Below are positions 44,974 to 52,752 of a stretch of 64,000 nt of DNA, one piece after another. The DNA lies in assembly GCA_001770655.1 (NCBI GenBank), contig MERQ01000080.1:15272-79271 (forward strand). The letters are read 5' to 3'. A program made the translations under genes and the position numbers. The stretch comes from Betaproteobacteria bacterium RIFCSPLOWO2_12_FULL_68_20 (GTDB taxonomy: Bacteria; Pseudomonadota; Gammaproteobacteria; Burkholderiales; SG8-39). Each line of letters begins with the position of its first letter. Position 1 is the first letter of the stretch. The notes beneath the pieces are model-generated. The model was not told where the DNA came from and searched no databases. It saw nothing but the letters and a program-made list of their open reading frames with translations.

Positions 44974-45414
44974 ATGAACGAGAAAACGTCCGGCATTCGT
45001 CCGGGGATGACAACTGAGCAGTTCAGGGCGTTCGGCGCGCGCCACCTGCCGGGGCTGCTCGGGGTCGAGATCGTGTCGGTCTCGGAAGGGAGCGTCGAGA
45101 GCCGGCTCGAGGTGCGCCAGGACGTGATGGCGCCGAACGGCTACCTGCATGCGGCGACGGTGATCGCGCTCGCCGACACGAGCTGCGGCTACGGCTGCGT
45201 GCGCCGGCTGCCTCAGGGCGCGAGCGGCTTCACGACCATCGAGCTGAAGGCGAGCTTCCTCGGCACAGTGCGCGAGGGCGCGATCCGGTGCCGCGCGACG
45301 CCGCTGCATCTGGGGCGCACCACCCAGGTGTGGGACGCGGTGGTGAGCGTCGAGGCGACTGCGGCGAAGATCGCGCAGTTCCGCTGCACCCAGATGGTCC
45401 TCTGGCCCAAGTAG
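44974..45414 (+). CDS. PaaI-family hotdog-fold thioesterase
   Basis: ORF 44947-45414, ATG at 44974. NGYLHAATVIALADTSCG and GRTTQVW are the typical pattern. Confidence 0.85.
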   Translation: MNEKTSGIRPGMTTEQFRAFGARHLPGLLGVEIVSVSEGSVESRLEVRQDVMAPNGYLHAATVIALADTSCGYGCVRRLPQGASGFTTIELKASFLGTVREGAIRCRATPLHLGRTTQVWDAVVSVEATAAKIAQFRCTQMVLWPK

Positions 45415-45431
45415 ACAAGGCGCGGGAAATC

Positions 45432-45515
45432 ATGCTTGAATCCGGACCCATGAGCCGCCGGTTCTTCGGCTTTTACTTTTTCTTCCCGCGCCTGCTGGCG
45501 GAAGGGACCGGCTAA
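45432..45515 (+). CDS. putative Phe/Tyr-rich leader peptide (MLESGPMSRRFFGFYFFFPRLLAEGTG)
   Basis: C-terminal part of track ORF 45288-45515. Six Phe and one Tyr in eight consecutive codons. ATG at 45432 (AAGG/GGGA upstream) or 45450. Followed by the attenuator hairpin and aroG. Confidence 0.55.
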   Translation: MLESGPMSRRFFGFYFFFPRLLAEGTG

Positions 45516-45538
45516 GCTCACCCCGACGAGTCCAAGAG

Positions 45539-45573
45539 AACCGCCAGCGCCGCAAGCCTGGCGGTTTTTTTTT
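45539..45573 (+). terminator. rho-independent terminator / attenuator upstream of aroG
   Basis: Stem CCGCCAG (45541-45547) / CTGGCGG (45558-45564) followed by nine T (45565-45573). It ends 15 nt before the aroG ATG. Confidence 0.7.
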
Positions 45574-45588
45574 GCACAGGGAGCAACC

Positions 45589-46698
45589 ATGACGACACCC
45601 ACCGACGGCTACCTGGGCCTGGTCCCCGACGACAGGACCTCGCTCACCGACGACGAGCGCATCGAGAACATCGTTCCGCTGCCGCCGCCCGAGCACCTGA
45701 TACGCTTCTTCCCGATCCAGGGCACGCCGGTCGAGACCCTGATCGCCGAAACGCGGCGCAAGGTGCGACAGATCCTGCACGGGCGCTCCGACCGGCTGCT
45801 GGTGGTGATGGGGCCCTGCTCGATCCACGACCCGCAGGCGGCCCTCGCCTATGCCGAAAAGCTCGCCGCCGAGCGGCAGCGGCACGGGGCGGAACTCGAG
45901 CTCCTGATGCGGATGTATTTCGAGAAGCCGCGCACCACGGTGGGATGGAAGGGACTGATCAACGATCCGTATCTCAACGGCAGCTTCCGCATCAACGAGG
46001 GGCTGAGGATCGCGCGCGACCTGCTGGTGCGCATCAACCGCGCCGGCGTTCCGGCCGGCTGCGAGTTCCTCGACGTGATCTCGCCGCAGTACATCGGCGA
46101 CCTCGTCTCCTGGGGCGCCATCGGGGCGCGCACCACCGAGAGCCAGGTGCACCGCGAGCTCGCCTCCGGGCTCTCGGCGCCGGTCGGGTTCAAGAACGGC
46201 ACCGACGGCAACGTGAGGATCGCCGTGGACGCCATCCTGGCGGCGCGCCAGAAGCACCACTTCCTCTCGGTGCACAAGAGCGGGCAGGTGGCGATCGTCG
46301 AGACCCGCGGCAACGACGACTGCCACATCATCCTGCGCGGCGGCAGGACCCCGAACTACGACGCGGCGAGCGTGAGGGAGGCCTGCGCCGAGCTCGAGCG
46401 CGCCAAGCTCCCCGAGCGGCTGATGATCGACTGCTCGCACGCCAACGCGTCCAAGCAGTACCGGCGCCAGGTCGAAGTCGCGCGCGAGGTCGCGGCGCAG
46501 GTCTCCGGCGGCGATCGCCGCATCGTCGGGGTGATGGTCGAGTCGCACTTGCTCGAAGGGCGCCAGGACCTGCACCCCGGCAAGCCACTGAAATTCGGCC
46601 AGAGCATCACCGATCCCTGCCTGGGCTGGGAGGACTCGGCCGAGGTGATCGAAACCCTCGCCGACGCGGTGAAAAAGCGCCGCAAGCAGCGCAAGTAG
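45589..46698 (+). CDS. aroG: class I 3-deoxy-7-phosphoheptulonate (DAHP) synthase
   Basis: 369 aa. GPCSIHD, KPRTTVGWKGL and IGARTTESQ motifs. Which aromatic amino acid feedback-inhibits the enzyme cannot be told from the sequence. Confidence 0.93.
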   Translation: MTTPTDGYLGLVPDDRTSLTDDERIENIVPLPPPEHLIRFFPIQGTPVETLIAETRRKVRQILHGRSDRLLVVMGPCSIHDPQAALAYAEKLAAERQRHGAELELLMRMYFEKPRTTVGWKGLINDPYLNGSFRINEGLRIARDLLVRINRAGVPAGCEFLDVISPQYIGDLVSWGAIGARTTESQVHRELASGLSAPVGFKNGTDGNVRIAVDAILAARQKHHFLSVHKSGQVAIVETRGNDDCHIILRGGRTPNYDAASVREACAELERAKLPERLMIDCSHANASKQYRRQVEVAREVAAQVSGGDRRIVGVMVESHLLEGRQDLHPGKPLKFGQSITDPCLGWEDSAEVIETLADAVKKRRKQRK

Positions 46699-46746
46699 GC
46701 GATGAAGCACCGCGCGCGCGGCAGGTAAGCGATAATCGCGGGCGCC

Positions 46747-47289
46747 ATGGCAGATCGCCCGCAATCTCTCGCGCACCTGGAGTTCCTCGGCGACGCGACG
46801 GGATTCGCCGCGCAGATGCACGCGCTCATCCCGAAGTGCGCGCTGCTGGAGAACTTCTCGCCGGCCGAGGTGCGGCTGCTCGCGCATTTCATGGACGTGT
46901 ACCGTGCCGAGCCGGGTGCCGAGATCATCCACGAGGGCGAGGGCGGCGACTTCATGCTGATGATCGTCGAAGGCAGGGTCGAAGTGCGCAAGCGCGATCG
47001 CTGGAACACCCCCCAGGTCATCGCGACGGTCGAGGCCGGGCGCACGCTGGGCGAGATGTCGATGATCGATGGCGAGCCGCGTTTCGCCACCTGCGTGGCG
47101 ATCGAGCCGACGCTCGCCGCGGTGCTCGACCGGGAGGCCCTGGCGCGAATCATCGTCGAGCAGCCGATGCTCGGCGCCAAGATCCTGATGGAGCTGGTGC
47201 TGATGCTGTCGCAGCGCCTGCGCGCGACCAGCCTGCGGCTGATGGGATTTCTCGACGAGCAGGCGCAGCGCGCGACCGGTACGCTTTGA
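46747..47289 (+). CDS. stand-alone cyclic-nucleotide-binding (CAP effector) domain protein
   Basis: 180 aa. cNMP-binding pattern GE.GD.M..IVEG.V.V...... GE.S.IDG.PR.A. No DNA-binding HTH after it. Confidence 0.8.
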   Translation: MADRPQSLAHLEFLGDATGFAAQMHALIPKCALLENFSPAEVRLLAHFMDVYRAEPGAEIIHEGEGGDFMLMIVEGRVEVRKRDRWNTPQVIATVEAGRTLGEMSMIDGEPRFATCVAIEPTLAAVLDREALARIIVEQPMLGAKILMELVLMLSQRLRATSLRLMGFLDEQAQRATGTL

Positions 47290-47369
47290 GCGCGCCGCAT
47301 CCGGAATAGCGCGCCCGCCGTAGCTGTTTTAACGCTGTAAGCCCCGGGCGCCGGCCCCGACTGACGACC

Positions 47370-48335
47370 ATGCACGCGACGCTTCCCCTGATGCGGCAGT
47401 ACGGTTTTCCGGACCTGCGGCGCTCGCGCCTGGAGACCCTGCAGGTGAACCTGGGCTACAAGTGCAACCAGGCCTGCCTGCACTGCCACGTCAACGCGAG
47501 CCCCGAGCGCAAGGAGATGATGTCGCGCGAGACGATCTCGGACGTGCTCGCGTTCCTCGGCTGCAGCGCGGTGCGCAGGCTGGACATCACCGGCGGCGCC
47601 CCCGAGCTCAACCCGCACTTTCGCCGGCTGGTCGCGCGCGCACGCGAGCTCGGCGTGCATGTCCTGGACCGCTGCAACCTGACCATCCTGGAGGAGCCCG
47701 GGCAGGAGGATCTGGCTGAGTTCCTCGCCGCCGAGCGCGTCGAGGTGATCGCATCGCTGCCGTGCTACCTGGAGGAAAACGTGGCGCGCCAGCGCGGCAA
47801 GGGCGTGTTCGAGAAAAGCATTCGCGCGCTGAGGAGGCTCAACGCCCTCGGCTACGGCCGCCCGTCGAGCGGCCTGGAGCTGCACCTCGTCTACAACCCG
47901 CAGGGGCCTACGCTGCCCCCGCCGCAGGCGGGTCTGGAGGCGGACTACCGGCGCGTGCTCGGCGAGCACCACGGCGTCGCCTTCAACCGGCTCTACACCA
48001 TGGCCAACATGCCGATCCAGCGCTTCGGCTCGACGCTCGTCTCGCGCGGCCAGTTCAACGAGTACATGGCGCTGCTGCGCGGCGCGCACCGCGACGAGAA
48101 TCTGCAAGCGGTGATGTGCAAGACGCTGCTCTCGGTCGACTGGCAGGGCTACGTGTACGACTGCGACTTCAACCAGATGCTCGGCCTGCCGCTCGTCGTC
48201 CATGGCCGAAAGCGTACGCATCTTTCGCAGCTGATCGGCAGCGACCTCTCGGGCAACCCGGTCGCCGTGCGCGATCACTGCTACGGCTGCACCGCCGGGC
48301 AGGGCTCGTCGTGCGGGGGCGCGCTCGATGGCTGA
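47370..48335 (+). CDS. arsS: radical SAM/Cys-rich domain protein (ArsS / 'selenodomain' family), Cys form
   Basis: 321 aa. CX3CX2C in LGYKCNQACLHC and a C-terminal HCYGCTAGQGSSCGG tail. The family is recognised from memory and needs HMM confirmation. Confidence 0.85.
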   Translation: MHATLPLMRQYGFPDLRRSRLETLQVNLGYKCNQACLHCHVNASPERKEMMSRETISDVLAFLGCSAVRRLDITGGAPELNPHFRRLVARARELGVHVLDRCNLTILEEPGQEDLAEFLAAERVEVIASLPCYLEENVARQRGKGVFEKSIRALRRLNALGYGRPSSGLELHLVYNPQGPTLPPPQAGLEADYRRVLGEHHGVAFNRLYTMANMPIQRFGSTLVSRGQFNEYMALLRGAHRDENLQAVMCKTLLSVDWQGYVYDCDFNQMLGLPLVVHGRKRTHLSQLIGSDLSGNPVAVRDHCYGCTAGQGSSCGGALDG

Positions 48336-49296
48336 CGCGGTTCCCGGCCGCTTCTGCCCGGTCTCCTACCGCTACCGGGCGGAGGCGCTGCGCGGACCCG
48401 CGCAGCTCAGCGTCGAGACGCTCTGGGTCGCAGGCGGCCTGTATGGCAACCCGTTCGCGCTGCAGCGCCTCGCCGAGCTCTACGACCGCGAGCCCGGCGC
48501 GAAAGCGCTGATCTTCAACGGCGATTTTCACTGGTTCGACGTCGACGCGGAGGATTTTCGACTGATCGATGAGTCGGTGCTGCGCTACCGCGCGACGCGC
48601 GGCAATGTTGAAACCGAGCTCGCGCGGCCGGACGCCGCCGCGGGCTGCGGGTGCGCCTATCCGGAATGGGTGGGCGGGACCACGGTCGAGCACTCCAACC
48701 GCATCATCGAGCGGCTGCGATCGACGGCGCGCTCGTTTCCGCGGCTGCTCGAGCGGCTCGCGGCGCTGCCGATGCACCTCGTCGCCGAGGTCGGCGGCGA
48801 GCGCGTCGCCGTGGTGCACGGCGACGCCGACTCGCTTGCCGGCTGGGGATTCTCGCAGGAGCGGCTCGCGACCGCGGACGGCGCCGCGGCAGGGGCGGCG
48901 GCGCTCGCCGCCGCGAATGCGCGAATCTTCGCTTGCAGCCACACCTGCCTGCCGGTGCTGCAGCGCTTCGCGGGCGGCCGCGCGGTGGCGAACAACGGCG
49001 CCGCGGGCATGCCGAATTTCCGCGGCACCTCGTTCGGCCTCGCCACGCGCATCTCGATCGAGCCGAGCCGGCTCGCGCTCTACGCAGTGCGCGCCGGGGA
49101 CCTGTTCGTCGAGGCCGTGCCGATCGACTACGACGCCGCCGCCTGGAATCGCCGCTTTCTCGCGCAATGGCCGGCCGGCTCCGACGCGCACCGCTCGTAT
49201 TTCGAGCGCATCGCGGGCGGGCCGTCCTACGCGATGAGCCAGGCGCTGCGTCCCGAAGCCCCGCATACAATCGCCTCTGCGCGCCGCGCCGCGTAG
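48328..49296 (+). CDS. calcineurin-like metallophosphoesterase-like protein (rSAM-cluster partner)
   Basis: 322 aa. NGDFHWFD, RGNVE, VVHGDAD and CSHTC resemble phosphoesterase motifs II-V. Motif I looks degenerate. 8-nt overlap with the upstream gene. Confidence 0.65.
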   Translation: MADAVPGRFCPVSYRYRAEALRGPAQLSVETLWVAGGLYGNPFALQRLAELYDREPGAKALIFNGDFHWFDVDAEDFRLIDESVLRYRATRGNVETELARPDAAAGCGCAYPEWVGGTTVEHSNRIIERLRSTARSFPRLLERLAALPMHLVAEVGGERVAVVHGDADSLAGWGFSQERLATADGAAAGAAALAAANARIFACSHTCLPVLQRFAGGRAVANNGAAGMPNFRGTSFGLATRISIEPSRLALYAVRAGDLFVEAVPIDYDAAAWNRRFLAQWPAGSDAHRSYFERIAGGPSYAMSQALRPEAPHTIASARRAA

Positions 49297-49319
49297 CGCC
49301 GGCGGGCAGGGAGGATTCG

Positions 49320-51470
49320 GTGAACAGATCCCGGTTGCTGGTTCTCGCCGTCGTCGCGGTGCTGGTTGCGGCGTTCTTCGCGGCGGGCGGACATCGCTAC
49401 CTGACGTTCGAGAACGCGAAGGCGCAGCAGGCCGCGATCCAGTCCTTCTACCGGTCGCATCCGTGGCAGGCCGCGCTCGGCTATTTCGCGGCCTACGTCG
49501 CCGTGACCGGGCTCTCGCTGCCCGGCGCGGCGCTGATGACGCTCGTCGGGGGCGGCATCTTCGGGCTCGCCTGGGGAACGCTGATCATCTCCTTCGCCTC
49601 CACCATCGGAGCGACGCTCGCGTTTCTCGCCAGCCGCTTCGTGCTGCGCGACTGGGTGCAGCAGCGCTTCGCGCGGCATCTGCGCGCGATCAACCAGGGC
49701 TTCGAGAGGGAGGGCGGCTTCTACCTTTTCACGCTGCGCCTGATCCCGGCGGTGCCGTTCTTCGTCATCAACCTGGCGATGGGGCTGACGCCGATGCGCA
49801 CCTGGACCTTCTACTGGGTGAGCCAGCTCGGGATGCTCGCCGGGACCGTCGTGTACGTGAACGCCGGCACGCAGCTCGCGGCGATCGACTCGCCGGCCGG
49901 GATCCTGTCTCCGGGACTGATCGGCGCGTTCGCGCTGCTCGGCGTCTTCCCGCTCGCCGCCAAGAAGGTCGTGGACGCCGCGAAGGCGCGCAAGGTGTAC
50001 GCGCGCTGGCGGCGGCCGGCGCGGTTCGACCGCAACCTGATCGTGATCGGCGCGGGCTCGGCGGGGCTGGTGTCGGCGTACATCGGCGCCGCGGTGCGCG
50101 CCAAGGTGACGCTCGTGGAAAAGCACCGCATGGGCGGGGACTGCCTCAATACCGGCTGCGTGCCCTCGAAAGCGCTCATCAGGTCGGCGCGGCTGCTGGC
50201 GCAGATCCGGCGCGCGCGGGACTTCGGTCTGAAGGGCGCGAGCGCCGAATTCGACTTCGCCGAGGTGATGGAGCGCGTGCAGCGCGTGGTGAAGGCGGTC
50301 GAGCCGCACGATTCCATCGAGCGCTACACGGCGCTGGGCGTCGAATGCCTCGAGGGCGAAGCGAGGATCGTATCGCCCTGGGAAGTCGAAGTGAAACTGA
50401 GGAGCGGGGGCACGCGTCGTCTGGCGACGCGCGCGATCGTGATCGCCGCCGGGGCGCGCCCGTTCGTGCCGCCGATTCCCGGCATCGAGTCGATCGAGGT
50501 TCTCACCTCCGACAACGTCTGGGGGCTGCGCCGGCTGCCGGGCCGGCTCGCGGTGCTGGGCGGCGGGCCGATCGGCTCGGAGCTGGCCCAGGCGTTCGCG
50601 CGCTTCGGCTCGAAGGTGACGCAGATCGAGATGCTGCCGCGGATCCTCGCGCGCGAGGACCCGGAGGTGTCCGAGATGGTGCGCCGGCGCTTCGAGGAGG
50701 AGGGCGTCGACGTGCGGGTCGGTCACCGGGCCCGGCAGGTCCTCGCCGGGAACGGGAGGAAGATTCTCGTCTGCGAGCACGCAGGCGGAGAAGCGAGAAT
50801 CGAATTCGACGAGCTGTTGTGCGCCGTGGGACGCGTGGCGAACACCTCGGGCTACGGCCTGGAGGAGCTCGGCATCCCGACGACGAAGGCGCGCACCGTG
50901 GAGACGAACGAGTACCTGCAGACGATCTATCCCAACATCTACGCCTGCGGCGACGTGGCGGGTCCGTACCAGTTCACGCACACCGCCTCGCACCAGGCCT
51001 GGTACGCCTCGGTGAACGCCCTGTTCGCGCCGCTGAGGAGATTCCGCGCCGACTATTCCGCGATCCCCTGGGCGACCTTCACCGAGCCCGAGGTGGCCCG
51101 GGTCGGGCTGAACGAGATCGAGGCGAAGGAACGCGACATCCCTTACGAGGTCTCCGTGTACGGGATCGACGACCTCGATCGCGCGATCGCGGACGGCGAA
51201 GCGCACGGCATGGTGAAAGTGCTCTCGGTGCCCGGCAAGGACCGCATCCTGGGCGCGACCATCGTCGGCGAGCACGCGGCGGACCTGATCGTGGAGTTCA
51301 TTTCGGCGATGCGAAACGGCATCGGGTTGAACCGGATCCTGGGCACCATCCACATCTACCCGACGTTCGCCGAAGCGAACAAGTACGCCGCCGGGGCGTG
51401 GAAGAGGGCCCACGTGCCGGATTGGCAGCTGCGCACGGCCGAGAGGATCCTGGCCTGGATGCGCGGATGA
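49320..51470 (+). CDS. DedA/TVP38-TMEM64 membrane domain fused to FAD-dependent pyridine nucleotide-disulfide oxidoreductase
   Basis: Last 716 aa of ORF 48651-51470. GTG at 49320 follows GGAGG. N-terminal polytopic region (LRLIPAVPFFVINLAMG), then GAGSAGL, the redox pair CLNTGC and a dimerisation domain. Confidence 0.85.
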   Translation: MNRSRLLVLAVVAVLVAAFFAAGGHRYLTFENAKAQQAAIQSFYRSHPWQAALGYFAAYVAVTGLSLPGAALMTLVGGGIFGLAWGTLIISFASTIGATLAFLASRFVLRDWVQQRFARHLRAINQGFEREGGFYLFTLRLIPAVPFFVINLAMGLTPMRTWTFYWVSQLGMLAGTVVYVNAGTQLAAIDSPAGILSPGLIGAFALLGVFPLAAKKVVDAAKARKVYARWRRPARFDRNLIVIGAGSAGLVSAYIGAAVRAKVTLVEKHRMGGDCLNTGCVPSKALIRSARLLAQIRRARDFGLKGASAEFDFAEVMERVQRVVKAVEPHDSIERYTALGVECLEGEARIVSPWEVEVKLRSGGTRRLATRAIVIAAGARPFVPPIPGIESIEVLTSDNVWGLRRLPGRLAVLGGGPIGSELAQAFARFGSKVTQIEMLPRILAREDPEVSEMVRRRFEEEGVDVRVGHRARQVLAGNGRKILVCEHAGGEARIEFDELLCAVGRVANTSGYGLEELGIPTTKARTVETNEYLQTIYPNIYACGDVAGPYQFTHTASHQAWYASVNALFAPLRRFRADYSAIPWATFTEPEVARVGLNEIEAKERDIPYEVSVYGIDDLDRAIADGEAHGMVKVLSVPGKDRILGATIVGEHAADLIVEFISAMRNGIGLNRILGTIHIYPTFAEANKYAAGAWKRAHVPDWQLRTAERILAWMRG

Positions 51471-52126
51471 GGCTCTCGATCGTCGTCCCGACGCTGAACG
51501 AAGCGCCGATCATCCGCGCGGCGCTCGAGGCGCTCGCGCCGCTGCGCGCGCGCGGCCACGAGCTGATCGTCGCCGACGGCGCGAGCGACGACGGCACGCC
51601 CGAGCTGGCGCAGCCGCTGTGCGATCGGCTGATCCTCGCCGCGCGAGGGCGCGCGACGCAGATGAATGCCGGCGCTCGCGAGGCGAGGGGAGAGGCGCTG
51701 CTGTTCCTTCACGCGGACACGCGCCTGCCGCCGGACGCGGACAGGCCGGTCCTCGACGCGCTCGCGAGCCGCGTGTGGGGCCGCTTCGATGTCGCGATCG
51801 AAGGCAGACATGCGCTGCTGAAGTGGGTCGGCTGCGCGATGAACCTGCGCTCGCGGCTCAGCGGCATCGCCACCGGCGACCAGGCGATCTTCGTGCGGCG
51901 CGAGGCGTTCGCCGGGTTCCCCGAGATCGCGCTCATGGAGGACGTCGCGTTCAGCCGGGCGATGAGGCGCCGCGGTGCGCCCGCCTGCCTGCGCGAGCGC
52001 GTCGCGACCTCGGGGCGCCGCTGGGAGTCGCGCGGCGTGCTGCGCACCGTCTGGCTGATGTGGCGGCTGCGGCTCGAATTCGCGCTCGGCGCCGATCCGG
52101 CGCGCCTGGCCGAGCGGTACCGGTGA
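51467..52126 (+). CDS. GT-A glycosyltransferase-like protein (rSAM/selenodomain-associated transferase 2-like)
   Basis: Last 219 aa of ORF 49463-52126. LSIVVPTLNE...ADGASDD...LHADT. ATGA overlap with the upstream stop. Confidence 0.8.
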   Translation: MRLSIVVPTLNEAPIIRAALEALAPLRARGHELIVADGASDDGTPELAQPLCDRLILAARGRATQMNAGAREARGEALLFLHADTRLPPDADRPVLDALASRVWGRFDVAIEGRHALLKWVGCAMNLRSRLSGIATGDQAIFVRREAFAGFPEIALMEDVAFSRAMRRRGAPACLRERVATSGRRWESRGVLRTVWLMWRLRLEFALGADPARLAERYR

Positions 52127-52752
52127 GGCGCGGCGGGATCGCGGTGCTCGTATTCGCGCGCGCTCCGCTTCCCGGCCGCGCCAAGTCGCGCCTCGCGCAG
52201 CGGCTGGGCGGCTGGGGCGCGGCGCGGCTGCAAGCCCGGCTCACGCTGCGCGCGCTTCGCACCGCGCTCTCGGCGGGCTGCGGTCCGGTCGAGCTGCACT
52301 GCACGCCGCGTTGCCGGCACGCGTTTTTTCGGTACTGCGCGCAGCTCCTTGCGGTGAAGCTCCGCGGCCAGCACGGCGCCGATCTGGGCGAGCGCATGCT
52401 GCGCGCGCTCTCGCGCGGCCTGCGCACGCATCGCGCGGCGATCCTGATCGGTGCCGACTGCCCCGAGCTGCGCGCGCGGGACCTGCGGCGGGCGGCGCAG
52501 CTGCTCAGGGGAGGGTGCGACGCGGTGCTCGCGCCGGCCGAGGACGGCGGCTATGCGCTGATCGGGCTGCGCCGCGTTTCGCCGCGGCTGTTCGCGGGCC
52601 TGGAGTGGGGCGGCCCGCAGGTCTATTCGCGCACCGCGCTCGAGCTGGCGAAGCTCGGCTGGCGCTGGCGCGCGCTGCGCACCGTCTGGGACGTGGACCG
52701 GCCGCAGGACCTCGAGCGCCTGCGCGCGAGCCGGCTGCTGGAGCGGCGGTGA
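52123..52752 (+). CDS. DUF2064-type transferase-like protein (rSAM/selenodomain-associated transferase 1-like)
   Basis: Last 209 aa of ORF 51619-52752. AVLVFARAPLPGRAKSRL...IGADCP...DGGYALIG. GTGA overlap. Confidence 0.75.
   Translation: MRRGGIAVLVFARAPLPGRAKSRLAQRLGGWGAARLQARLTLRALRTALSAGCGPVELHCTPRCRHAFFRYCAQLLAVKLRGQHGADLGERMLRALSRGLRTHRAAILIGADCPELRARDLRRAAQLLRGGCDAVLAPAEDGGYALIGLRRVSPRLFAGLEWGGPQVYSRTALELAKLGWRWRALRTVWDVDRPQDLERLRASRLLERR

Noticed and set aside
47290-47369. Possible terminator or riboswitch between the cNMP-domain gene and the rSAM gene.
   Set aside because: There is only a short imperfect GC hairpin (GAGCGCGC...GCGCGC) without a U-tract, and no recognisable riboswitch core.
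48270-48335. Selenocysteine recoding in the C-terminal motif of the rSAM/Cys-rich protein.
   Set aside because: The motif reads GSSCGG with a Cys codon. There is no in-frame TGA and no obvious SECIS-like hairpin, so this is the Cys form.
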